Of a stretch of DNA of 64,000 nucleotides, positions 1 through 11,493 are shown piece after piece. The stretch is taken from assembly GCA_905178155.1 (NCBI GenBank), contig CAJINV010000007.1:814627-878626 (forward strand), written 5' to 3'. Each line of letters starts with the position of its first letter. The stretch's first letter is position 1. This DNA is from Amoebophrya sp. A120 (taxonomy: Eukaryota; Protista; Dinoflagellata). Made by a program: the position numbers and the translations under genes. Below the pieces are notes generated by a model that was not told where the DNA came from, did not search any database, and saw nothing but the letters and a program-made list of their open reading frames with translations.

Positions 1-2
1 CG

Positions 3-1070
3 CCCGCTGCTGCCTCCAGTAGCGGCTCTAATCTCGCCGATCCCGGGCCGAGTCCTATCCCGGAGTCCATCGACGAGCAGACCGCAGAGTTAATTAATCT
101 TTTATCTGATGTTATCGAGCTACCGGAGGAAACCCCCGCAGGAGGCGCCGAAGCGCAGCCAGCGGGTGAGAACCCCGCAGCCAGTTCTAGCGCAGCACCA
201 GCCACGGCGAGTGCAGGACACACGTCCACAGCACTTGTAGTCGACGATGGCTGGGTCGGTGACGATGAGCTGGAAGAATACGACTTCGTCACGGCGTCAG
301 AGGCAGAATCGGAGACGATGGACATTGACCAGCAAATTAACCAAATCATGCTGAACTCGATGTCCGCACCAAACAGGAAAAAAGTAATCAAGGAATCGAA
401 AACCTGGGACAGTTTCGCGCGCGGCGTGACGAAACTCGATCTCGATTTATTCCCGAACGCCATTGCGTTCTTCGACGATCTACCGCTAGACGCGACCGTG
501 AAAGAGATGACTTCCGCGCAGCTCGACTCGTTTGTGTCGCAAAGCATCGCGGAATCCACAGCAAAAACATACCAATCCTTCCTCTCCGTAGTCGTGCCGG
601 AGGTCTGTGACCTCGCGGGAAAAATAATCTGGCCGGTAAAATCGGAAAGGCAGGCGATCGCGTTCTTCTGCTTGTACCAGATGGCCATGCGGAAGAACCA
701 CAAGGACAAATTAGTCGACGGCAAAATAAAATGGGGCAATTTCACGACGCTGCAGGCCGCAATCAACGTGTACAATTCCACCAGGCCGGAGTTATGCGAC
801 TACAGCCTGTCCAACAAGACGTTGCTTTTCTACAGACTGTGGAGATCCTTCAAGAACTTGGCGTACCACGCGCCCCGGTCGCGAAAATTGCCGATAAAGT
901 TTGAGGAAGTCATGCTAGTAATCCAGCAAGCCTACAAACAATTCAAGGAAGCGCACAAGTCGATAGACTGGGACGAAGCCCAGCCCGCGTTCAACCGGGT
1001 GACGATTTCGGCCGCGCCGCAGGCGCCGCCACGATCGGACCTCAGAAACCGGAAGTCGCGAACAAGTTGA
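3..1070 (+). CDS. 5'-partial ORF: acidic linker plus N-terminal (core-binding) part of tyrosine recombinase
   Basis: Frame is open from nt 3 through the ATG at 318; motifs SQSIAESTAKTYQ and RKLPIKFEEV are typical of the N-terminal part of DIRS YR. Confidence 0.7.
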   Translation, partial: PAAASSSGSNLADPGPSPIPESIDEQTAELINLLSDVIELPEETPAGGAEAQPAGENPAASSSAAPATASAGHTSTALVVDDGWVGDDELEEYDFVTASEAESETMDIDQQINQIMLNSMSAPNRKKVIKESKTWDSFARGVTKLDLDLFPNAIAFFDDLPLDATVKEMTSAQLDSFVSQSIAESTAKTYQSFLSVVVPEVCDLAGKIIWPVKSERQAIAFFCLYQMAMRKNHKDKLVDGKIKWGNFTTLQAAINVYNSTRPELCDYSLSNKTLLFYRLWRSFKNLAYHAPRSRKLPIKFEEVMLVIQQAYKQFKEAHKSIDWDEAQPAFNRVTISAAPQAPPRSDLRNRKSRTS

Positions 1071-1888
1071 AGAAGGCTATCGCGCTGCAGAGCGTCTGCA
1101 TAATCGCCATCGGTTTTTTCGGCGTCAGGAGAAGCGCTGAAATCAGGGAGCTGGAGTACAGCGACGTGGTCAAACACCGCATGAGCAGCGGCGAAATCTA
1201 CTTCGAAGTGCGAACAAAATTCGCCAAAAGCGATCGGTTTGGGAGGCAGTCTTACTGCGTCATCCCCGCCCTAATCTCACCGGTAGTCATGACGTGGAAG
1301 AAATGGGCAAGCGGTTTCATCGCGCACCACTCTAATCGAAGATACGCAGAAGCCGACCACCCGTTTTTCTTCGGCATAGGTGCCACGAACTACAAGGGCC
1401 GGGGAAAGAAAGTCAGCAAAGACTTCGTTCGCCACCACGTGAAAGAACAGTTCGTGTACGCGAGGAAGGGTACTTTCCAAGGTTCCGTGTCACTGCGACA
1501 CTCGGGCGCCCAGTTCTACCGGGACTCGGACCCGCGCGGTGAAGTGGCATTTTCCCAGGGCGGCTGGCGCAATAGCATGTGCCTAGATGGGACGTACGCC
1601 CCAATCAGGCACGACCACCTAATCTCACTCGTCAATCAATACTCGCAATCGGCCGCGAAGAGGTCTGAACAAGTTATGATAGTAATCGAATGCGAGAGAA
1701 CCTGGGCGCTCCCGCCGTCCTCGGTTTCCAAGCTCGGGGCATTGGAAAGCGCTACGCGGAGATTGAGCAGCAATTTCATCTCGCGCGCCGCGATCGAGAC
1801 ACACGCACCAAAGATCGCTGCAGGCCTGTTAAACGGCTCCATCAAGCCACAGTGCTTCCGCATTTTCCATGAGATCCTGTGCAACTAA
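1067..1888 (+). CDS. Tyrosine recombinase catalytic domain (-1 frame relative to upstream ORF)
   Basis: FFGVRRSAE (R), AKSDRFG (K), VSLRHSG (HxxR box with H->V), GGWRNS (W), GTYA (Y); frame open from 905. Confidence 0.85.
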   Translation: MKKAIALQSVCIIAIGFFGVRRSAEIRELEYSDVVKHRMSSGEIYFEVRTKFAKSDRFGRQSYCVIPALISPVVMTWKKWASGFIAHHSNRRYAEADHPFFFGIGATNYKGRGKKVSKDFVRHHVKEQFVYARKGTFQGSVSLRHSGAQFYRDSDPRGEVAFSQGGWRNSMCLDGTYAPIRHDHLISLVNQYSQSAAKRSEQVMIVIECERTWALPPSSVSKLGALESATRRLSSNFISRAAIETHAPKIAAGLLNGSIKPQCFRIFHEILCN

Positions 1889-2174
1889 TCTCCGCTGTCT
1901 CATACTGTATTTTTGTTGAAGCAACTGGGCGCGTTTTTTTGTTAAAAAGACGAAGGTGACGTCGACCAAAGGTAATTTTTTTCAAGAAAAAAATACGAGT
2001 TGCACGCAATCCGACATCGAGACATGAGATGCTAGATCCTCCCTTTCGAGCCTTTGTGTTCCGCAGTGCCCGCGTTGGCTGAGCAATCATTTCGGAGAGC
2101 AGGCACAGCGCCGCTGAAGCCGCTTCCTAATCTTTGCCTCTCTCGTTTTGCGTTAGGACGTGTTTCAGTAATCC

Positions 2175-5100
2175 ATGCTAGGTCGGAAAAAAGATGGCAG
2201 CAGGCTTCCCACCATATGGGAGGAGGACCCGCATAGCCCGCGCGCGAGAGCTTCGAATAAGCGCTCGGCACCTGCGAGCACGTCGCCGTCGCCCGCAGGC
2301 CCCGCCACAGCAGCCGCGCACGATATCCACAGCACGGGGTACACAGGTGTAGCAGGCACCAGTCGCCCACCGGCAGCGCATATCAAGACGGGTTTCAAGT
2401 TCCGCACTAGGCACAGGGAGCCGATCCCGGGGGTGCACAGCGGGGCGACGCAAGAAGAAATTAGTCTGGGTCTCAACCCGAAGTCAAGCCATACCTTCCA
2501 TGAGTACATCCACGCCGGATGTCCCACGACGTCCGACGAGATCGCTGACTTCGTCGCGTCACTGCCGGGGCCGGACGACGAGTGGCGCCGCGCAGAGGAC
2601 ATGTGCATGATCGAGGGGAACTCCCTCAACTTAGAAAACTGCATCAGGTACGGTGTCCCACCGGCAAAAATACTGGAGTGGTTCGGTGGCTACAGGTTCG
2701 ACATGACAGACCCAGACATGGCGATAACGAGGCAGCAGAACTACAGCAACGCATTCGACTACGCTGAACTTTTCACGGACGAAGTATACCGCTTCTGGCG
2801 CGACCGGAAGCTAGTCCTGTACGACGTGAAAAGGGAGAACACCTTGGGGCACCCAGATAGTCTCATGATCGCCCCCGCCACAATCCTAATCCAAAAATGG
2901 GGGCAGAAGCTGAGACTAGTCACCGACTGGAGCTCCAAGGGCACTATGCTTAATCCATCCATCTACCCGCCGCCAGTGGACTACAGTAACATCCAGCGCC
3001 TCCTTTGGGACATGCAACCGCTGGCATGGTTAATCGGACTAGACTGGAAGGATTGTTTTGCACACTGGCCGCTGTGCCCCGAGCACAGGCGTTTCTTCGG
3101 CATGGACCTCCCACACACGGAGAATTCCGGGTGCCACTGCTTCATGCCTTTCGGTGTGAAGCCGGCGCCCGGCGTCAATGATGCAAACATAAAAACCATG
3201 ATTGCATGCGGAATCAACGCCGGGATTCGGGCCCAGTCGTGCGATTACGTCGACGACGTCCGAGCGCTGTTGAAGCACATGCAAAACAGCAAAGAGGAAC
3301 TCCAGAAAGAACTCGACAAAATGTTTGTAGTTTACCAGCAACTGGGAGCCATCCTGCATACCAAGCCGGGGAAGCTAATCAAACCGACCCAAGTCTGCCC
3401 TTGGCTCGGGCTAGTAATCAACACAGTGCTGATGCGGGTTTACATCGAGAAGGAGCGTCTCGATTCGTACATCGCGGACGTCACAGAATTCCTGCGTATC
3501 GTCGACGACGCGAAGAGCAAGAAGGCTGAGAACCCGAGGGCCAAGGACCTCGCGGCTGTCGCGGGCAAACTGCAGTCTGTGACCATCGTAGTCCACAACG
3601 GGCCTCTGCACCATCTGCATGAAGATCTGAAGAAGACGGGTGTGCATAAGAGGTGGCAGACTGACAAAAAATTCAACCCGCGCGTGCAAATTTCTGACAA
3701 ATCCGTAGATCAGTTGAAATGGTGGCTTCGAGTGCTCCAAGCTAACCCGTACGCCAAAATCTTCACAAGTCGGCCACTCCACAGGGAGCACACGCAGCAG
3801 GTTTCCTGTTTCCTGTGGCGCTCGGATATCCTAGACCACGGACCGCAATTCCTCAGGTCGCTGCCCCCCGCACGCTTCACCGTTATCCACGGCGACGCAT
3901 CCACGACGGTGGGCATGTGGGGCGGTACTATCTCTGGAATCAAGGAGACGTTCCAAGGCAAGTACCCGCCGGGAATCGCGATATCGAGTATCAACGTGAA
4001 GGAGTCGTTCGCGCTCCTGATGTTAATCAAAGCCGCGAACAAAAACCAAGTCCGCATGCGCGACCAGCTTCTAATGTACTACACGGACAACGTCACTTCA
4101 AAGCGAGTCGCAAACAAGGGATCCTACCACGACCCCCTGCTCGCGGATATCTCCAGCGAACTACGGGAACAGTTAATCCTCTACGGCAACGAACTAATCG
4201 GCGCGAAGATCGACGGGGACGCAAACCCTGTCGCGGATTGCCTTTCCAGGTTCGCCGACGAGCTCCTCGCGTTTCGCGACCCGTGTCCAGAAAGACGCTT
4301 CAACGCCAGGGCCTGGGGCTCTATCTCCGCGAAGTTCAAAGGCATGTCCTTCGAAGGTTTCACCGCCGGGGACAACGACCCACTGGCGAGAATCGGGAAG
4401 AAGTACAACGAGCGCGTCCCGGTTTTCCACCACTACAACGAGTGGGAGGCGGGCAGATCGTGGTGGTTCCCACCGATCTCAATAATCTTCCCTGTAATCA
4501 AGTACATCAACAAACTCGTACACACAGTGCCCCTGGAAGCAAGGCCGAGGATAGCGCTGTGTGTCCCGAAGCTCGGCGACAGGTTCACGAAACTACTGGC
4601 GCCGCTGCTGCTCGCGATGACGTTTAAGCAGGGCACGCAGTGCTTTGAAAAAGCTTCTGGCGAAAAAGTCACCGCTGAGGACACTTTCTTCGTCTACTCG
4701 ACGGCCCCGCTTCCGCTGTGGAGCGTCGACAGAAACAAGTATAATCTCGCCCCGCAGGTTGAACGACTCAGGGGCTCCGCAAAATGGAAATACCAGCTTA
4801 ATCTACTCGAAAAACCAATAATCGGAGGGCTCGGTGAGGGTGAAGAAGATTTTTTCATCCACATCTGCCCGGTGATGCCGGTAGAAACACCGAAAGGTGT
4901 CGCCGCGGCGCTCTACAAGCTCTTCCCAGCAGCGTCGAGGTACCACGAGCCCGTGGAAGCCAAGCCGTTCGGCGGCTTCGAGCAGCGCGGTCGGGTGGTC
5001 AACTGTTATGCAATGTTTAACAAAGGCCCCCCCCGGGGAACATTGCTGCACAATTACAAGGGGAATTACTATGACGACTCGAGCGACGCCAGGCGCGACC

Positions 5101-5327
5101 GGTTTCAAAAGATCATGTGCGATCTCGCGGCTGCCCTCGTAAGCACCCACGCAGCCCGCAAACAGCAAGGCTACTCGGGCACCACCGTCGGCATCCCGCT
5201 GAACATCGGGACGGGGTACAACGGGGGGAAAGTTGAGGACTACGCTTTAATCCTAGACAGATTTGCAAAAGACACTAAGCCTACTGGCATCAAAGTCAAC
5301 TTCTACCTGCCGGAACAGAAGCCGTAA
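2175..5327 (+). CDS. Pol: reverse transcriptase - RNase H - DIRS-type adenine MTase-like - macrodomain
   Basis: RT: LDWKDCF, MPFG, YVDD. RNase H: GDAS, SINVKE, YTDN, ADCLSR. MTase-like: WWFPPISII..IALCVP. Macro: FIHIC..GVAAAL..FP and IPLNIGTGYNGG. Confidence 0.9.
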   Translation: MLGRKKDGSRLPTIWEEDPHSPRARASNKRSAPASTSPSPAGPATAAAHDIHSTGYTGVAGTSRPPAAHIKTGFKFRTRHREPIPGVHSGATQEEISLGLNPKSSHTFHEYIHAGCPTTSDEIADFVASLPGPDDEWRRAEDMCMIEGNSLNLENCIRYGVPPAKILEWFGGYRFDMTDPDMAITRQQNYSNAFDYAELFTDEVYRFWRDRKLVLYDVKRENTLGHPDSLMIAPATILIQKWGQKLRLVTDWSSKGTMLNPSIYPPPVDYSNIQRLLWDMQPLAWLIGLDWKDCFAHWPLCPEHRRFFGMDLPHTENSGCHCFMPFGVKPAPGVNDANIKTMIACGINAGIRAQSCDYVDDVRALLKHMQNSKEELQKELDKMFVVYQQLGAILHTKPGKLIKPTQVCPWLGLVINTVLMRVYIEKERLDSYIADVTEFLRIVDDAKSKKAENPRAKDLAAVAGKLQSVTIVVHNGPLHHLHEDLKKTGVHKRWQTDKKFNPRVQISDKSVDQLKWWLRVLQANPYAKIFTSRPLHREHTQQVSCFLWRSDILDHGPQFLRSLPPARFTVIHGDASTTVGMWGGTISGIKETFQGKYPPGIAISSINVKESFALLMLIKAANKNQVRMRDQLLMYYTDNVTSKRVANKGSYHDPLLADISSELREQLILYGNELIGAKIDGDANPVADCLSRFADELLAFRDPCPERRFNARAWGSISAKFKGMSFEGFTAGDNDPLARIGKKYNERVPVFHHYNEWEAGRSWWFPPISIIFPVIKYINKLVHTVPLEARPRIALCVPKLGDRFTKLLAPLLLAMTFKQGTQCFEKASGEKVTAEDTFFVYSTAPLPLWSVDRNKYNLAPQVERLRGSAKWKYQLNLLEKPIIGGLGEGEEDFFIHICPVMPVETPKGVAAALYKLFPAASRYHEPVEAKPFGGFEQRGRVVNCYAMFNKGPPRGTLLHNYKGNYYDDSSDARRDRFQKIMCDLAAALVSTHAARKQQGYSGTTVGIPLNIGTGYNGGKVEDYALILDRFAKDTKPTGIKVNFYLPEQKP

Positions 5328-5457
5328 TTCCAACACTCGACGTGAGTCGTATTTTTTCTTCAATCGAAAAATGAAAGAAGTCATACTCTCGGAGCAAAAT
5401 TTCTCCACGGAGTCACAAACTATTCGCGCTGGCGCGTTTACTACAGTGCCTAAGGTG

Positions 5458-5610
5458 GCTAAGCTCTCGCGCCTCGACAGCTCCGGTTGTCGCCTCGTGT
5501 CGCTGAGATCATCAGTCTCTCTCTTATTCGCGACTGAGGTTGTTTTAGGGCGAGCCCGACGTGCCGGCAAATGGGCAACATAACGAATCGATCTTTTCAT
5601 AGTGATCAAA
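5458..5610 (+). repeat. Split direct repeat copy B1
   Basis: Identical to 6009-6161 (gctaagctctcg...gtgatcaaa). Confidence 0.95.
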
Positions 5611-6008
5611 GTTATGGACTCTGAGTAGCGCGTAGCGGTTCGTTTGAGTTCCAATTTTGAGAGCGGTATTAGATCGTGTTCGTTTTGTTCCCAGTGTTCT
5701 CGTAGAGTATTTGCCGGGGTCTGGTACACGCATCCGGGGTATAAACAACGTGTCCATAATCCTTTAATCCTAATCGCTAATCCTAGTCGTATTCGCAATC
5801 ATAATCAAAAATTTTCTTTTTACCCACCCTCCCACACCTCAGCGAGCGTGGCTTAGTCTACGTCCAATCCACTAATCGCCGCAGAACACCCATTCAAAGT
5901 CTAACTCTGAAAATCTTATTCGTCTTTCGTTAAACTTGTGTCTGTGACATGTTCTAATACCAATCTTACTGTCACGTCCCCTCGCCCTTCAACAGGGTGC
6001 GAAGGCTT

Positions 6009-6161
6009 GCTAAGCTCTCGCGCCTCGACAGCTCCGGTTGTCGCCTCGTGTCGCTGAGATCATCAGTCTCTCTCTTATTCGCGACTGAGGTTGTTTTAGG
6101 GCGAGCCCGACGTGCCGGCAAATGGGCAACATAACGAATCGATCTTTTCATAGTGATCAAA
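6009..6161 (+). repeat. Split direct repeat copy B2 (element 3' end)
   Basis: Identical to 5458-5610. Confidence 0.95.
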
Positions 6162-7119
6162 ATTATGCTCGGTATCTGTCATCATGAAAAATGCGAAATA
6201 GATGAAATAGCAGATCAAATTCGAATTCCTGTGCCGGTCGACGCCAGTAGCATGCACTTGGGATGGTCACCCACCGAAGATCCCTAAAGACGGCCACCAA
6301 AGTTCAAATATTTGATCGAGAAATAATCTTCCACAACGACGATCAGACTCATAGGAAAAAAAAAACTTCTAAAGACCACGAAAATGAAGAATAAGATCCG
6401 CAATAAATAGAAAATATGAAGATCAAGATGGATCTCGTTCGGAGCAAATGATCTGTCGTGATGCAACGCCAGTTCTTGTGTAGGAACAGCGTCTGATCAA
6501 TTTGCACGAGAGAGTTAACCTTTACCACATCTTCATTCTTCCCTTATTGTTTCCAGGGAGTGTTGCTTATTTCGCACCTAATGCACGATTTCTGCTCTGA
6601 TGCACACACTAACACTAAGTATTGACTATACTTAAGCCAAAACTTACAGCCGTTTGTTGTTTATCGCTTCGCACTTTTTTTCAAGACCAACGCTTCTATA
6701 CTTTTATCAAGCACGAGGACGAAAAATCAAGACTTCACGACACGTGTTTTAATTCAAGGAGTACGACGCGTAAGCAGTTTAGCGCTATCTTTTGAGCAGT
6801 TGTGTTTTTTGTTTTTAGTGGAGTTGATGTGTATAATTTATTGTTTTGATAGGTTTTGCTTTTGTAGTTTGACCGCAGGGTTGTGGTTGACCATCCCAAC
6901 GTTCACAAAAGAGGACAGTCTTGTTTTGTCAAAAGGATTTTTTGGAATATTCAGATTCACTACTAGTTAGACGAAAGCGGTTCATACGACCTTGGAATAA
7001 AGTTTTAGACAAGGTGCTTTTTTTTTTTGAATTTGTAATGTTCAGTTTTAAGATTGCCTGCAGCTGTTGTGTAATGTGAAGAAGTACTAAACTATTGCCA
7101 GTATATTTCTCAATAGACC

Positions 7120-10100
7120 ATGCAGCCGGCGAGCATTTTGCACCGCGACTGCGATCCGAAGCACCAGCACGATCACTTGCATGTGCACTTTGCGGACAAT
7201 AAGGAAATAAATTCCCTACCTAGCGACCACACATCACGTCAAGTCGCCATGGTGCCTGATCGTGCTGGTGGAGATCTAGATCATGCAACGACTGATGTAG
7301 TCAACACGTCAACAAAAAAGTTGGTATCGCCGCCACGTCGACCTTCCTCGCTGCACTATGATGATGAGGATCCACGACCTAGAACAATGGAGGCTCCTGC
7401 AGGAGAAAAAATAAATGTTGACAATAACTTTAACTCGACCTCCACGTACAACTACCCCGGTGCGGCCGCCCGGGACCACGAGAATGCGGCTCTACTGCTG
7501 AGTGCGGGAGATGAAGTTGTTGTACTAGTGGATACTACTAGTGCTACGAATGGTGCAGAAGTGGGACACGTTCATGAACATGCTGCTGCAGATCAGGAAC
7601 AGGAGATGGAGAATGATGAAACACAAACAACCCCCTCGTCCCGCGAAGGCTGTTGCCGGTGCACGAAAATGTGCGTCCTGATCCTTCTCCTCATATTTCT
7701 TGTCCTCGCAGGCGGTGCGTGCGTTTTCATTTTCGTTCCCTGGTTCGACGGTTGGACTGAATCCTGGTACACAAGATGGAGAAAAGGATGGGACGACTCT
7801 ATTACAGTGAAAAGTGCCCCCCACTCCTGAAATTGCAAAAATTTGTGATGCGAGGTTTCCAAATGAAAACTTTTCGTCATGCATGAAAGGAGTATGAATC
7901 TACTTTCTGATGCAGAGCCTAGGCGTGTATCGCATCGCCTGCATGACCAGCGCCGCTCTTGCTAGCGTCTTTTGCTATACAAATTTTTGCTATTCACGAT
8001 TGGGAACCTGTGATGCTGATAGATGCAAGAGGGCGAGTGTTTCACTTGGAAGGGTTTGCAATACAAACGCTCCCAAGTTCGGGGGTGGGAGCATTTTTCA
8101 TTGCAATAGACTCTCAACAGCCTTCATGGCCTTCTCAACCTGGTTCTCAATCTCAACACCACGTGGAGATCGACTACAACGACGGCCCAGGGGTGTGGCC
8201 AACAGCGGACTTAGAAAACGTTAAGGAACCAGTGGGAATGATGCACGAGAAATACCACGGCTTTTTGACCCAAGCCTCGATTGACTACGTGGAAAGGAAT
8301 TTCTACAAAAAAACTGTTGTTCCTGTTCCACCTGGTGGAGCACCACCACCTCCACCTCCGCCACAACCTCCTGTCCAGACGAAAATTCCGCGAAATCTGA
8401 TCCTCACGGCGTTTTTTGACGAAAAGGATGTGACCTTGGACGAGTTTTTGCGGTATCAGAAGTGGCGGGACCCGACAAAAACAGAAGGGTTTGCGCAGTG
8501 GGCCGAGTTGAACGCCGGACCGGGAAAGGAGTTTGAAGTGAAGTTCTTCAACCTGAATGCGGCCAGAGAGTACCTGCAGGAGCATTACAAAAAGGAGATG
8601 CTCTGGGCATTCGATGCGTTCGATACCTACTGCATGAAATCCGATTTGTTCCGCTTGCTAGTCCTGTACCGGGAAGGGGGGGTGTACATCGACTGGAAGC
8701 TCGCCCCGGTCGTCGACTGGGACAAGTTGTTGGAGATGGCGTTTTCCGGGACGGAAAAGTTCCGGTCTCCAAGAAAAGTGACGAGAGACCCAGTGACGAA
8801 AAGGGTCGTTTCGGAGGAAAAAATGCAGTCCAAGGACGACATTGGACTCATCTTCGCCTGCCAAGACTTCACGTTTTCGTTTGGGGTCGAAGACCCTAAC
8901 TTTTTCGAATCATTCCCGGCCATCAAGCAGTTGCCGAACTGGCCGAACCAAGACTCCTCACTACAAGGCTTGATGAACGCTTTCATCGCGGCGAAACCGC
9001 TAAACTTACTCCTCGGGGACATGATCTACCACTTATTCCGCCGCGTGGAATTGCACGCGTACGGAAACACCGTGTGGGATACCACGGGGCCGATAGGCCT
9101 CTACATCTCCTTACTCCGCGTAGACCCGGTATGGATGTGTCAGGTTTGAAATCGTCAGAGTTGAAATAGTTTGCCATGCATAAAATGGATGCCAGTTCAA
9201 GTGGCCCATGTTGGAGCCCAGTTTTCAAGTGGCCCATGACAAGTTTTGGTGGTACCTAAATCCAGTTTGTAATGCTGTTTGGGTAAAGAAGACGCCTTTT
9301 GTCATGCTACTTTAGCAGCTCTATTTCTACCCCTCAACAGGCTTGCAATATGCCTCCCTTGCCTACTCTCCAAGACAGGCGCTCTGTGGGTTGCATTTTA
9401 TGCATCACAAATTATTTCAACTTTGACGATTTCAATCCTGACGCTTCCATACCCGGCCACGAAAGTGACAAAAATGCCAGAGGTGCTGCAGCAGGCCCTC
9501 GCGCGGCACCAACTACGAGCCGCGCGAAGGACGTTGTTTCGAACCGGGGGGCAGATGACACAGACTTCACCTACTACACAGCGTCACCAGGGTTTAATAA
9601 ATCTTCAAAACCGTGCACAGACTAGTGCAGCTCCGAACAATTCGACGCCTTCAAACCTCGCCGGTTTCCTCGACTCTGCGCAGTGGACTATCCAACGACA
9701 AGCGCGGCGGAAAAACGGCGATGTGCTGGGAAAGTGGGAGTGTTCGCAGCTCCAGGGGGGGCCGGGCGACGCGGCGTTTCTGGTCTACAACGGAGGGAAG
9801 CACTGGTTTCCCAACCACGAAATCGCCTATTCCCATCCGGGGAATGACCCAGAGATGGATAAGCTCGCCGTGGTAAAAAACGTTTGGTCGGGCAAACACG
9901 CGGGCGGCGGATGGAACCACGACGGCACCCAAGCGCTGCCGTCCGACATCCCCCGCCACCTCAACGGGCGGAACTACATGGAAGACTGGAAGGAAAGGAA
10001 GTGGTTCGCAGCCAACTGCTACGCATTGCAAATATGTAGTCTGGGTCCTAGAAAGGATCGCAATTTGTGATGCGAATTCTACATCATGACGAAATCAAAA

Positions 10101-10384
10101 TCTGCCATGCATGGCCAGCAAAAGGTCCCATTTTTTCTGTATGCCGAGAAAAGAGGGGCGCATTAGGCAGCATTTGGAGAGCTGCTCGAAATAATTATCT
10201 GTGATGCTAAAGCTTTCATGCGGCCCGACGATATCCGGGTCTGGCAGAAACTGCATGACAAATCTCGCACCACTGCTCTTCCAGACGACCCAGACATAAT
10301 ATATTTGCATTTGATAACTGTTACGAGGAGGTTCCAGGGGTGTCATGGCCGGGCGTAGCGGATAAGGAGTACCAGTGTCGCTAA
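7120..10384 (+). CDS. Type II membrane glycosyltransferase family 32 (OCH1/Gly_transf_sug-like), 4 exons
   Basis: Exons ~7120-7799, 8114-9129, 9457-10019, 10322-10384 join in frame after introner removal; TM helix, KIPR, KSDLFRLLVLYREGGVYID, NAFIAAKP, TTGP. Confidence 0.85.
7800..8108. mobile_element. Introner family C
   Basis: TIRs; DR GACTC/GACTC; frame restored. Confidence 0.9.
9130..9451. mobile_element. Introner family A (TATGGATGTGTCAG)
   Basis: DR CCCGG/CCCGG. Confidence 0.9.
10020..10316. mobile_element. Introner family B (TGCAAATATGTCTGGGTCT)
   Basis: DR ACTGC/ACTGT. Confidence 0.85.
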
Positions 10385-11258
10385 GAAGGGCAAGCCAAGG
10401 GACGACGAGAAGCTGCGCAATGAATGCAAAAGCAAATAGTTGTACAAGGGTTTATAGTTTGTATAATATTGGTATTGCTGCATCAGCATCAATTGGCTAG
10501 TACGAGTAGTTTTTTGGGAAGATGATGTTCGTTTTGCAGCTTCTCTTGGAAGAACATTAACAAGAATAAATCTACTAAATGGTGAAGAACTGTATAATTA
10601 TTTTCGCTTTCTGTTTATTCTCGCTTGGCCGTTCTCCCACCACAAGATTCAGATTCCCATATACTTTTCAGCGACAATATTACATGCATATCCATATTGT
10701 TTATCATTGATGTTGACATAGATTTCGATCTCTCTGGAGTATTTATCTATCTGAAAGCGATGAAACTCTTGGAAAAGTTCATACCTGGCAGCACTCTACT
10801 TGAGGACCTCCGATTTATGAATTTTCAGGAAGTTGATGTCGTCGAGAAAAAGCTTACAGGTTTAGAGTTTAGCATTGCATGTTAGCATGCAGGTGAGAAG
10901 GATGAGATAGAGATTGAAATTGCAAAGGATCTTTTACTATGGCCTCGAATTTTTTTTTTGATCCATGTCATGCCCGGGCAGCACGGAAAGAAAGATAAAG
11001 AAGTAGTATCCTCGAGTCGAGAAGTTTATTTTGAAAAGAAGTTGTTTATCAGATAAACAACTTCTTTGCATCAAAATGATTTCTGTTTTGAAAACAAGTC
11101 AAACTACTTACCCCTGTGTAAAATTTTAGTATATTTCCCTCCCAAATTTACATGATCTTCAAGTAAAGATAATCATGTTCTTCATGCCGTGTATAATCAG
11201 AACCACCATTTAGCAGATCATATCATCGTGAGACGATGTACAACTAGGCGACACAACA

Positions 11259-11493
11259 TATGGAGTTCTCAAATGTTACATTCTCAACTGTTACATGATT
11301 TGTCATGCAAAACTACCATTATCATCCACACGATCAAGCTGCTCTGCATGACAAATCCTGGAAGGGCCAAACAGGCTGACAATCTGCGCCAAGTCTGTCA
11401 TGCAAGACGCGCAATGCCCCCCCTTTCATTTTTCCCATTCTTGCATCACAAATTCATGTAACAGTTGACAATGTAACGATTGAGAACGCCATA
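11259..11493. mobile_element. Introner family D (TATGGCGTTCTCAAACG), outside any CDS
   Basis: DR CAACA/CAACA. Confidence 0.9.

Larger units (their letters stand above)
1..6161 (+). mobile_element. YR (DIRS-order) retrotransposon with split direct repeats, 5' end outside window
   Basis: YR ORFs followed by an RT/RNase H ORF; 153-bp identical direct repeat at 5458-5610 and 6009-6161 (B1-A2-B2 layout); no introners inside. Confidence 0.9.

Noticed and set aside
318-1888. YR as the introner-mobilising enzyme
   Set aside because: It is embedded in its own retroelement; TIRs with arbitrary 5-bp TSDs fit a DDE-type enzyme better, and nothing in the sequence links the two.
3815-4627. 270-aa alternative-frame ORF inside Pol
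   Set aside because: Arg-rich shadow of GC3-biased codons; the MTase-like motif is in the main frame.
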